Assembly: GCA_008632985.1 (NCBI GenBank)
Contig: QPGO01000019.1
Location: 434,001 to 498,000, forward strand
DNA length: 64,000 nucleotides
Origin: Psammoneis japonica
Lineage: Eukaryota
Direction: 5' to 3'
Shown here one piece after another: positions 9,706 to 21,700 of this stretch. Within the stretch, counting starts at the first letter, position 1. Every line of letters begins with the position of its first letter. Position numbers and translations under genes: made by a program. The notes beneath the pieces are model-generated. The model searched no databases, was not told the DNA's origin, and saw nothing but the letters and a program-made list of their open reading frames with translations.

Positions 9706-11130
9706 ATGCCGAAAGAGAACTCCAAGAGTCAGTTCCATTTGTGGAAGTCATCAGCATGTCCATCCAGTGCAAAAGCGATGCTGAAGATTTTTGGGGTCCT
9801 CGCTTTCCTATCGCTTTTCGTTGTCTCTGTGTTGCACGGGATGCTCGAATCGAGAAACATGGGAAGCCCAAATGCAGAGTTCCTCGCGGAGGTTTCTCAA
9901 GACCCCCCAACAATCCCTTTCTACGTTTACCCACTAGAGCAATTTCCCTCGTTTTGGGGTCCAAACAGCACTTGTGACTACTCAGTACTTCGTACCTCAA
10001 AGCTCGACGCTTACGTTCACGCGATTCAAGCCATGAAACGGCATCCCTGGAGGACAATGAACCCTGAGGAAGCACTTGTTGCATTCATACCAATATCGAT
10101 TGACCCTTGGAAACGTGGTCAATGCCCAGGAGTGACGGAAAAGGACATCTTGGAGGAATTACAAAAAGTCATGAAAGAAAGTCCCATTTTTCCAAGCAAG
10201 CGGCACCTCTTTATTGCGCATGATTTTAGAAGTTTTTCGCTGGCCGAGAAGATTACTTATTCCTTGTTCTCGCCAACAAGTCTAATCTGGGGTGGAAGGG
10301 AAGAAGGTATCGGTGACTGCAAGATTTTGATTCCCCACACATCCAACTACGCATCCCTCATGTCGCTGCGCAGCCCAAATGAATGGAGAACTCCCGGATA
10401 TGCTGCTACGACACCACGTCCTTACTCGATCCATATGGTGGGGCAAGTGGACAGCAGAAAAGCGTATAGGGATCGTAAGGCTCTCTTCTTGTCAAACCGG
10501 ACAACCAGTGTCCCGCATTCAATTATTACAACAACCTATGTTCCGGAGGCCCATGATCGGTTTATAGAGACGGATCGGTTTCGATTTTGCACTTCTTCAA
10601 ACGACACCGACAGATGCCTGAGGAAGGAAAACATCGACCGCTTTGAAAGTCAGCAAACACAAGAAATGTCTAATTTTACCCTTGCTCTCAGAGGCGACAA
10701 TTTGAGCTCTGACAGATGGATCAACGGCATGTCAGCTGGGACTGCAATGATCCAAGTTATCAGTAATGACGCAGGATGGAAATGGTTTCCATATCCTTGC
10801 GCCATTCCATGGGAAGATTTTGTTCTTACCATCAATCAGACAGAATTTCGTTCCGATCCAGTCGGTAGCATCAATCGATTGATCTCGCCGAAAAATCTTC
10901 CCGAACAAGAGCTGCTGAAGCTGCAGAGGCAAAGTCTGCATTACGTGTCGGACATTGACTGGACCAGTCATTCCTCACGATCATTGGAGAATCTCCTGAG
11001 AGAAGCCTTCTTCATACCTTGTAGCTCATACGATCCCTTGCCCCCTTTGCGAGAGCAAGCTTGGTGTAACGAAAGTCGCCGACAAGCACGTCAAAGGGCT
11101 AAAGATCAATTGCTACTTGTCACTCCTTAA
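9706..11130 (+). CDS. Exostosin-like glycosyltransferase (GT47), type II membrane protein
   Basis: N-terminal TM; FYVYPL, NPEEA..AFIP, RHLF and S.FTLALRGDNLSSDR..GT..PYP.AIPWEDF match the exostosin pattern. Start is ATG 9706 or 9778. Confidence 0.85.
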   Translation: MPKENSKSQFHLWKSSACPSSAKAMLKIFGVLAFLSLFVVSVLHGMLESRNMGSPNAEFLAEVSQDPPTIPFYVYPLEQFPSFWGPNSTCDYSVLRTSKLDAYVHAIQAMKRHPWRTMNPEEALVAFIPISIDPWKRGQCPGVTEKDILEELQKVMKESPIFPSKRHLFIAHDFRSFSLAEKITYSLFSPTSLIWGGREEGIGDCKILIPHTSNYASLMSLRSPNEWRTPGYAATTPRPYSIHMVGQVDSRKAYRDRKALFLSNRTTSVPHSIITTTYVPEAHDRFIETDRFRFCTSSNDTDRCLRKENIDRFESQQTQEMSNFTLALRGDNLSSDRWINGMSAGTAMIQVISNDAGWKWFPYPCAIPWEDFVLTINQTEFRSDPVGSINRLISPKNLPEQELLKLQRQSLHYVSDIDWTSHSSRSLENLLREAFFIPCSSYDPLPPLREQAWCNESRRQARQRAKDQLLLVTP

Positions 11131-11517
11131 GCAAAAAGAGAGGCACTGATACTCATGCTGAGTGTCGACACGCAATAATACAAATTTCATTTTGAAAGTT
11201 TCTTCAGCTGTAGAAGAAGCTATCCGAGCTGCACCAATGGCGGGCATTCAGGATGAGCAAACCTATACGCCATTGCACACGTTGGAATCAAATCCTGTAT
11301 TTGTCTAGTTTGAAGCTGCGTGGCTTGCAAAGCTACTCAAAAGCGGAAAGGATTATGTCGTTGCTACTATCAAACAGAAATTCCCTATCGAAGCCATTCT
11401 GTCAACACGAAGAGATTGCTTCGTTTGCAGCACTCACCCTTGCCGTCCCCTGTATTGCTAGAAGTAGTATTTTGTTTTACGATACACTAGAGATATTGTG
11501 CATGTGTGAAGGTTTGT

Positions 11518-12951
11518 TTATCTACTCTGCACGTTAGCATCCTCCCGCTCTGGAAAGAGTAATAGGGTACCACCCAGTCGCACATCAAGTCTTCTCTGCA
11601 TGCATTCTCCCGACTGCAGCTCGCATTCGTACTTAACATAACAGCACGAACCGCAATTGTTGTGTATTATAAGCTCTAAACTATCCCTCACGGCAAGAGC
11701 AGTCACAGCGCTCTTTGTAACCAACAGCCTCCGACCCCGCCACAAGAAGTTGGCACCAGCTTACATTCGTTTTGGGCGGCGTTTCGCTTTTAAATGAGAG
11801 GTTCCGTAGAAGGCGTGACATCTATCAAGGTTCCAGGGCTGTGGCAATCGTACAATCTGAGGAGGATCGCGTTTCATTTGAAGCAAGGCCCAGTACACCC
11901 CTTGGTCACCATGAGGGGATTGCAAGATGCCATCTCCTGGATGTCCCCATGGTGAACGAGCGTGTCCTTTATTTGCCTCTTGTTGAGTTGCAAGCGCCGT
12001 CATGAACTGGGCTGGGTAAGGGTCGTTCTTTTGCAGTTCAGCCAAGTTTAATACTACAATGCAACTGCACATATTCCCAGATGCATTTATCTCCTGTCCT
12101 TCATTATGAAGAGGCATTCGATAGAGCCATTTATCTTGCTTTGAGGGCAGCTGAGGGATTAAGCCCGCCGGATCCGTCATGAAGATCATGTCAGTGTCAA
12201 CGACCACCACCGGTTCGTCTCTCCCAGAAAACAAAGGCAATCGGTGAACGAAAAGCTTGAGCGCTCCCCAATTGCCGCTGTGGTGAGTAACGTTGTATTT
12301 CATGCCCTCGGTCTCTGCTGCAAGCCAATCAGAATCGATAACTTGAATAATCACCGTAAATTGAAACTTAGTCTCTTTCAAGACTGCAAACATCTTTTCG
12401 AACAATACCGAGCCGGCCTCATTTGTAAGCAAAACAAGCTCCACGTCCACCGACGACAGAAGCAACATGCTGTTAACCAGCGACCGAACCTCATCAAATA
12501 TGTCGTCGTCGCCTTGAGTTGCATCTTCAATTCCACAAGAAACTACAAATGTTATGCGGCGGTCGCGGTTGCCCAATTGTTTATGAGCAATCTGGCCGTG
12601 TGTTTTCAATGGCTCGTTCATCGTTGAGTAATGATGGAGCTTTACAGGATGTAGCTCGACTTGCGTCGACCACCAGGTGTTGAGCCACTCCAAGCGGTAA
12701 TTCTTATAAAAGTCAAAGAACACCCCAACATTATCTTCAAAGTGTGCGCAGTTGCGATGTAGCATTCCTACGCAGTCGCCTCCATCACATGATGGAGGCC
12801 TTATTGAATCATCTTCCTCGACCAACTCGGTGCGCTGATGCATGCTTTTTTCCAGCTTGGAGAAACTTCCAAGCTGATGATGCACAATGATCGCAACAAC
12901 GCAAAGCAAAGGCAAGCATTTTAAACTCTTTCGGTATGTTTTTGGTGCCAT
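11518..12951 (-). CDS. GT8-like glycosyltransferase (LARGE/xylosyltransferase-like); predicted intron 11681-11764
   Basis: N-terminal TM; HHSG.WGALKL, VVVDTD, GDQG, WN motifs. A GTAAG donor overlaps the ORF stop and an in-phase AG acceptor adds an IIHNN exon. Confidence 0.75.
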
Positions 12952-14069
12952 CCTTCGATTGTGCTGCACTGAGTATTACAAAGAGAATAACGATCAAATC
13001 TGTGGCAAAAATCGTGTGAAAGGGTTGGGCGAAAAGACTCGAATAGAGATGTGGAAAGGTCCAACGAGAGTCGTAAGGGAAACAAAGTCACTGATGGGAC
13101 GATCAGGGACGATGAAAAGAGAAGTGACTCCTGAATGAAATTGATTGCTTCTTTGCTCTTTGCCTCTTTGCTGTACGGAGTTACGACTATGTAGCACAAT
13201 GTGAACTGTAAAAAACGTCCCGAACACCCGTATCGCATTTTTTGTACATCGATATTTAATGATAACGGCTTTTAGCAAATAATTAGGGCATTTTTACAGA
13301 TGTAACCCATACAATTTGTTGTCAAAAATCGATACTTGTAACACAATTAGAAGATTTTTTAATTAAATGTTTCATATTCAAATTAAGACTCAAATTTTGA
13401 TATTACTTTTTCAATTCCGACTGCTTCAATCAATAAACGAGTTCGCATGTTTTATTAAAAGACGTGGCCGGCGTTTCGGTCCATTTTGGCGGCTCCGACA
13501 TTTGAATTTACTTAAAACACCAGACATTTCTATAGGGCTTCAGTTCGTAGAGCAATAAATACGTAGACTGGTACAAATTCTACAGCAGGAGTCATGTGCA
13601 GTCATTTTACATACCAATCATTCAGACATTCACTATATATTTAAATACAAAGTATGCAGTTTGTAATAGTCTATTTTGCACATTGTGCTAGTCGTAGCCT
13701 CATACAGACGCGACGCGATACACCAAACCACGCCACGCCGCAGTACCGTAAATTACCGGACAGTACGCACGACGGTATGTACTTTATGTAGGGCCCTACT
13801 GTACGGTACTTCAGTCGTATGTACGACTGCATGCTCACCTACCGTGGCGTTGTGGACGTTCAACGGAAATTACTAAGAGAGGGCAGGTTGTTTTTCGATG
13901 ATAGTGAGGTCTAAACCGAAAAATGATATGATACATATATTAAGATTTTTAGCTTTGTGATAAACTTTATTTACATACGCAGGCGATAGTAAAAGATTTC
14001 ATGAATAATTAATATATTAGTACTTGAAATTAGTATATTAAAATTTCGAATTTTCAATTTGTACGAGCG

Positions 14070-17000
14070 ACAACTGCTTCTTTTCTCACCACCTCGCATC
14101 TCGCACACCAACAACACAATGCACTCTCCTCAGACACTGGCAATTGGGCAAGCAATGGGGAGATGGGGAAGAGGCAGTGCCCACCCATCAGAGGGGGGGG
14201 GCATCATGTTTGTTGGCTGTGGTGCCCTCGCACACTCCTCTCTGGTGCTCTTTTGTTTTGCACAAGAAAAGCAGCAAAAGCAGTGCACACGAGCTTTCCT
14301 GCAATGTCGCTGAATGCCATGTGAGGATCCCAGTTTCTGCAATTCTCCTGAGTGCTCCCCACACAGGTGTCACTGTGCACAATGTGAGCCAAGTGCTGCT
14401 GAGGTTCTTTCTGTGAAAGCGAGGTCACCAGTGCCAAAACATCTTTTTTTTGTCAGCCAAAAATGTGATGTGAAACAAGCTGGCATGTTTGTTCATGCAA
14501 AAAATGGTTTTTTGGGGCACTTGGTGGGAAAGGTGTGCCAAAAACTTGATCTCCCCACCTTGCCCTGAAAAGAGAGTTTGTTCTGCCCTTTGCAAGTCAC
14601 ACGCGTCACATGCTTGCTCGCATGCTCTGCAGCTTCCATTGTGCAGCACTGGGCAATGCCACAATTTTCAACTTAGATGAACCTCTGAGACCATTAAAAA
14701 TTCTCATCACTTTTTGTGCACAAAAGGCCATTTGGGGTGCCACTTTGCCAACACTCTGCAGTGCAATGTTGTTCTTGTTTGGACCTCCAAGCTTCAGCAC
14801 AAAAAATGGCTTCAAGCATGCTCAAAAGCATCAAGTGCATTTTTTATCTTGAGCAATGCATGCATTGCTTGTTACCTTGCTGCAAAGAATCTTGTTGTTG
14901 TGGAGCCACTTCTGGCCCACACACTTTTCATTGCTGCAACAAAGTTCTTGCACATTTTCAGCATTTGAAAATGATGACAACAGAGCTGCCACTTCGGCTG
15001 CTGCCCTCAAGATGACTTCTGGCAGAACAAAGCATTCCAGCACAATCTCAAGCATTGTTTCTTCAAGTCCTGCAGTTGCTGGCTGGACTCTGAGGTTCAG
15101 GCTTTTGCAAGCACATGCTTTGCCTGAGAAGAGAGCGCACATGCTGTGCAATGTGTTGCAGATGTGCCCTGGTGTGTTCACCCATGCCCATGCACTCAAG
15201 GCTTTGCACAAGACTCAACTCATCTCTTTTTTTTCAGACTGAAACAATGCCACCTAAAAAGCTTCAATTCCTCACACAAAAGAGATGCAAAAATTCTCTG
15301 TTTTCCTCTGCCTGTTCAGTGATGCAGACCAGGCCGCACACATCTGTCGACCAACAAAACACAAATTGTGCTTGCCTCCCTCCTCCACATTTTTTGCATC
15401 TTGCAATGCAGCAGCTCTCACAGCTTTCTTCCACTGGGGCATCTCCTTCTCCAGGTGACTCCATCCCCTCCCCACCTGCAAGCAAACATGCTCTTGTCAC
15501 TTGCCAAGGAGCATGTGGAAGACCACATCTGGCATGCATGCTGCTGCCCTGCATGACCAGGTGGCACACCCACTCCTGGGTGGGATGCATTTCAGTTGAG
15601 AACAACCAACAAGGAGGAGGGTGGCTCTTGAAAAGAAGTTTCTGTGTCATTTTGCAACTGCCATGATGTGCTTGGTGGCTGCCAGTTCCTTGTCCACTGC
15701 CGTTCCTGCAGTCTGCATTCACATCTCCTTGAAACAGCAGTCTCAAATCAAAGTTGTGCAATGGCACTGACTCACAAGACAGCAAGAGAATGTTCAAAAC
15801 AAGCAAAAAACTGATTGTTTGTTGTGCGGTGGAGATCCTGTGTGACCATCTTTCTTGTCCCGAAATCAAAGATTGCACACCAAAGTTTGCTTTGACACAA
15901 CAATCTGTTTCTGTCACAGACATTGAAATGTTGAGAGCTGACCACTTGAGTCAGGCTGCTGGTCGAATTGAAGAAGAAAAGATTCCAGCTGTCCAGTGAG
16001 AGCTTTGACTTTTTGGAGATGTGATCTCAGCCATTGTGCAGTTGCACAATTCATCAAGCTGGCATGGAAATGAGAGAGGTGCCAATCATCTTTCATTGGT
16101 TTTGTGAGCCAATCTAAAGAGCTGCTCTTACAGAGAGATCCTTGCATTGGAGAACAGCACAGAATCAACCTGCTTCTTGGGGTTCAATGTTGCTGTTTGT
16201 GATTGTTGACCTGTGATGCTGCCAACTTTGATTGTCCATGCACACATCAGGTGCTTCACAGACTGCAAAGAGAGCAAAAATCCAATCTGCAGTGTCAAGA
16301 AGCCAGCTGTGCATTGTTTGGTGTTTGTCCAAACTTTGTTCTCATTTGATTTCTGGAAGACAAAACCTCACACCAACCATGATGCCTCTCTTTCCAACCT
16401 CTTGGTGTCACACACAGCAATGAAGAAATGTCATCTCATGTGAAGCCTTCCTCGTTGGACCTTGGAAACATTGCTTGTGTTCATTGGTGATTGCCGCCCC
16501 ACAGCAGAAAAAATGCAAGCCCACTTTGGAGCCATGTTTTGTCCTCTCCAAAGCCTTGGGCTCCACTTGCTTGCCCCTTTTTGTCAGGAGATGCTTGAGA
16601 GGAGTGTTTGGAACATTCTCTGGAAGGGGGCATGCAGGGGCTGACGACTCCACCACTGCAATGGTGCCTTGTTCCAAGGTGGTGGCCATTGTCATTTTTT
16701 GGTTTCTGGACAAAGGCTTTGGTGCTTTGCATGCAAAAAAAAATTGTCGCAGGGAGAATGGTGCGCAACATCATGGTTGCATCACAACTGTGAAATTGTT
16801 TTGCAGGATTTGGTCACAATGAATTGCATGTGTGCAATTGTGGTGCAATCAGCTGTGGATGATGCCTCCAAACAGAGGTGTGTTTTTGTCATGTCCCCTC
16901 TCCTTTGAATGCATTGCAGCAGGAAGCAAGAGGAGAGTCTGATGTGTGATTCATGCACATTCAAAGTGCAAGCTGCACAAGCTCTTTTGTTTGCAAACTC

Positions 17001-18560
17001 TGGTTTGCAGCCAGCTGGGAGACTCCAATGCTGCTTGGCAAACCTGTTTGCAAGCACATTTTGCAAACATTTTGCAAACCAAAGAATGAACCCAGTTTGC
17101 AAACTTCTTTGGCAAACTGCAAACACTGCTGTGAAGTCAAGCCCCATGTGCCAGCACCAGCCAAAACCTTTTTTCTCAGTTGAAAATTTGATGTGTGCTC
17201 AGCTGGCACATTTGTTCATGCAAGAAACAGTTTTTGTGAGGCACATGGGAAAGGTGTGCCAAGAGCTTGATCTTCCCACCTTGCTCTGAAAAGAGTTTTG
17301 CCCTGCCATGTGCAGGTTGTGTGCCTTGCTGCTTGCTCATGTGCCGCTGTTGCTTCCATTGTGTGGCAACTGGCAATGCTGCGTTGTCATCAATGCTGTT
17401 GCAGACAGCACAAGGTGTGCAATGCAGCATTTTCGACTTGGAGAAACCACTGAGATTGTTGCTGCAATGTGGGCTTTGCAGGGCTGCCATCATGCAAATG
17501 TCCTCAAGACTTTCTGCATGCCAAAGGCCGCTTGGGTGCTTGCCAACCTTCATGCTCATGTTTGGAGCTCCAAGCTTCAACACAAAAAACAGCATCAAGC
17601 ATGCTCAGAAATGCCAAGTGTGTTGTTCTTTATCTCCAAATGCATGTGCTGTTGCCTTGCTGTGAAATTGAAGATGGCAACAGAGCTCTCACTGGCTGCT
17701 GCTCTCCAGACAACTCCTGGAGCAAAGCACACTGGCGCAGTCTTAAGTGCTGGTGTTTTTAAGTCCTGCATCAACTGGCTGGACTCCAAGAAGGGTCAGA
17801 GGCTTTTGCAAGCATGCTTTGCCTGACATGAGAGCACACACTGTGTGCAATCCATTGCTGAAGGTGTGCCCTGGTTTCAACCATACACTCAAGGCTCTGG
17901 ACAAAAACTCATCTCCCTTTTTCCAGACTGAAACAATGCCACCAAAAAGGTTTCAATTCCTCACACAAAAGAGGCAAAGACTCTCCATTTTTCTCTGCCT
18001 GCCTGATGATGATGCAGACCAGGACAGACAAATCTGCTGTCAACCAAAAAAACAAATGTCTGTGCAATCTGGCAGCAATTTGCCTTCCTCCTGAACATTT
18101 TTTGCATCTTGCAATGCAGCAGCTCTCTCAGCTTTGGCATCTCCTTCTCCACATGGATCCTTTCAAAACTGCAAGCAAATGCATTGTCACTTAAATTGGA
18201 GCATGTGTGGAGGCGCAGACCTTGCGTGGCATGTCTGCTGGTGCCCTGCATGACCAGGTGGCACACCTGCTTCTGGGTGGGATGCAGTTCATTTTAGAAT
18301 GACCAACAAGGATGGCGGCTCTTGGCAGCAAATGTTCTGACATTTTGCAACAGCCATGATGTGCCTGGTGGCCAGGAGTTCCTTGTCCACCACCACGCCA
18401 ACAGTCTGCTTCACGTCTCCTGGGAACAGTCTCAAATAAAACAAGTTGTGCAATGGCAATGACTCGCAGGACAGCAAGAGAACCTTCAAAGCTTGCACAA
18501 AACTGATCTCTAAAAATGATTTTCGGAGGCTGTGAGAACCCATGTGGGCCTGCGGAGACA
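14070..18560. repeat. TpA- and CpG-depleted repeat block 2 with a diverged ~1.35-kb direct duplication (~14470-15815 vs ~17195-18510)
   Basis: Shared anchors TTTGTTCATGCAA..GGAAAGGTGTGCCAA, CAGACTGAAACAATGCCACC, GACAGCAAGAGAA at ~2.7 kb offset. No recognisable protein. Confidence 0.85.
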
Positions 18561-18776
18561 CGCGATTGTACTGTGGAGAACTTTGTAACCCTCATGGTTG
18601 TCTTGAAAACAAAGATTGTGCGTAAAAAGTCCAGTTTGACATAATAAGGTTTTATTAACAATAATTTCAACAGAATTCTAATAAAGAAACCAAGTTACAC
18701 GCAATACAACTTCGCCGCACACGTCGCTAGTCCCTCGATTATTTGGTTTCTTGTTGACGCGCATCACAAACAATCA

Positions 18777-21700
18777 CTACCACCCATGTCCATGATTGTC
18801 GAGGTTCTCCTTTCGGACGTGCTCAACCAAATTCCTGTAGAAATCTTGCTCAAACAATGTTTTGTTCAAGACACTCTCCACGTCTTCCAGTTGAACTCCA
18901 ATGTGAATTGGTTTTGAATATAGGTCGTTATTGGCAGCATTCGTTGAGAGGTCCACGGTGGGACCTTCTAAAGGGTTTGAGCTCAACAATAGCCCAGCAT
19001 CTATAAGCATTTGAACAAGGTTCTGAAAATCATGCAGGGAGAGCTCAGCGTCGTACACGGGGTATTGATTACCAATAAAGCAGTACCTCTTGAGTTCGCC
19101 GAGAGTAAACACCTTCCATGCTGGGCCCACTTGACTCAATGCAACGGCAACACAAAGGACGACCTTGGCCATTTGAGGCAAATCATTGATGAGCTTAGCG
19201 TACTTTTTGACGGTCTCCCTGTTTGCCATCATCATGTGCTTCATTGTGACAATAGGAGCATCTATCTCTTTGGATTTCGCCTCTTCGGCATTCAAAGACG
19301 CGTAGCATTTGGACACGGCACTGCTTGCGAGATCCAACACTTTGCGAGCATCGCCATCAGAGACAGCAACCTTGGAGGCGGCAAACGCAATCGCCTTGGG
19401 ATCGACAATCGTTTTCCCAATCCGCTGCTCCACAATGTCGATTAGGTCGTCCTTGTCGTAGGTTTTGAAGACTAGGGTCTTTGGCGTCTGCACAGCGGAA
19501 TCAAAAGCGTACTCATTAGACAAAGATTGCAACACAACAGATTCCAAAGCACCGTACTCATACCTGTCCTAGCTGGCTTAAGCGCCTTGCCTTTAAGTTT
19601 CCGACCGAATTCGAAATACCAATCACACCAAACGAGTAGTCGTCGAGTGATGCCCAAAGAAAGAGCTTTTCGATCAGCTTCTCGCAGGCAGTCTTACTAA
19701 CTCCTTTTCTATCGCTGAGGAGCAAGTCAATCTCGTCAATAACAAGGACAAGCAGACGCGATCTTCCCCCGCTGGTTTTCTTCACCTGCCTTTCAATGCT
19801 AGAAATGTTAGGATTTGTCGCCTTCAATTCCAGACTCTCGCCAAGCTTCCTAACCAAATCCTTCGTACTATCCGTCGATTGGATATGAGCTCCATTGATG
19901 AAACAAAACGTCGGCGTATCCGGCTTTTTCCCCGTACGCGACGACGTGTTTGCACTTGTTTCGTCCTTCTGACGTTGACAGCACCATGTCACAGCCGTCG
20001 TCTTGCCCGTTCCAGGGGACCCACAGACGTAAAGCGAAGCGGCTTCTCCTTTCTTTCCGCCGTGCGCCCCGGAGGACTTGACGACAGCACCAACGAATCG
20101 CTCAATTTCTCCTAGCTGTTGTCCAAAGGATGAGCTAGGCGAAGAAGCCGCAAGGTCGTCGATCTCATCCGAAGTCTGTTGAAGAACCGTGATGCAGCGT
20201 TGCAACTTCTTTCCAATCGTTGTTTCTCGTTCCGGAGTCTTCAGCGAAGACGACGATTTCGGCCTCTTTCGCCCATTGGCGGGACGTTTTGTTTCTCGTG
20301 TTCCCGGACGGCCCTTTGGAGATTCGTCTGCGGGTGCACGAGCCCTCTTCTTCGTCTTGGCATCCTCTGCATTGGAAGGAGGTGCCTTCGATGCGTTAAA
20401 ATCATTTCTCGTTCTCCTTAATCGTTTCGAGCTCTGACGTGACTCGAGTTCCTTACGGTATGCATCGTCGCCTTTCCACCCAAAATGTTCGACTGCGAAA
20501 TTTTTCACACTCCACTCATCCTTGAAATAATCCTTACCGGGCAAACCGCCGTCTGAGGGCTTTCTTCCACCTGGCATTATGTAGTAATACGGAACTAAAC
20601 CACTTCCGGTAATCCAATAGAAACCTACGTACTGCAACTTGTCCCATACGGAGGACCAATAATCGTTTGCCTTGATGGGTGAGCCGATAGACTGCAACTT
20701 GTTCGACATGACAGAAAGTCGGTCTTTCATGGGAGTGTTGTGGTCGATATCTAAATCACCGTCGTTGGATTCGTTCTCAACATGTGCATTTGGCATTTGC
20801 GCTTGCTCTGACGCTTCCTCTGGCCATGATCCATCGTCGGCACTACCGTCATTCTCGAACCCCGCGTCCTTTTCCGTTGTCGCAATGTTGGCACTGGCGG
20901 GCACGCATCCCGGCTCTTTGGCGTCGACCTTGGAGTCCGTCTCCGTAACAGACGTGTCGGCTTCTGCGTTGGCGTCCAATGTACCATTAAGGTCAGTGCT
21001 AGTCTCAGGATTCGACTCAGTTTCTCCCGCGTCCCCTTGGGCAGAACGTTTCTCTTCTGACATGGAGTTTCCAAAAAGCCTTTTTCCGACTCGCTCATTC
21101 CCCGTCAAGGGCGTGTCCTGATCGGCACCCGAATAAGCAAGGGCGAGATGGGCGCTGTCGGGCGATTCACCACCAGTCAACAGCTGCGGAGAGTACGTCA
21201 TGTTCTCCATCTTTTGCTTAATGGCGCTAGTGTCCGAGTCAGATCCACCTGGAGTCTGTTCGTAACCATTGGATCGTCTCCAGTGTTCCTTGTCAAAGTC
21301 GCTCGCGCCACTGGCCGGGCTGAGATTCCCTGGGTCGGCTTGAGTGAGAATCTGACCATCGCGGTCATTCGCATAGTCGTCACCCGTAGACTCCCCATCC
21401 GAATCGATCGCCTTGTCTTCGGCTTCAGGCTGGGTAAGCGGGACGATCTCCATTTTGTCGCCAGCTGTAGCATCAGCCGGTTCTTCCTCTTCTTTTTCAA
21501 TTTCCATTTCGTCGTCGTGATCCTCGACAACTACTAGTCGTCCAGTCTTTCCGTCCTCGCCCACATTATCCGCTTTACCTTGTTTCATTTCCACAGTTGG
21601 GCTTTGCGGCGCCTTCTCGGGAGTCGCCTCACAGGTGGAGCGCGTGACTAGGGTGGCGGCCGCCACACTCTCATCCGCAACACTACCATTATCCTTGGTT

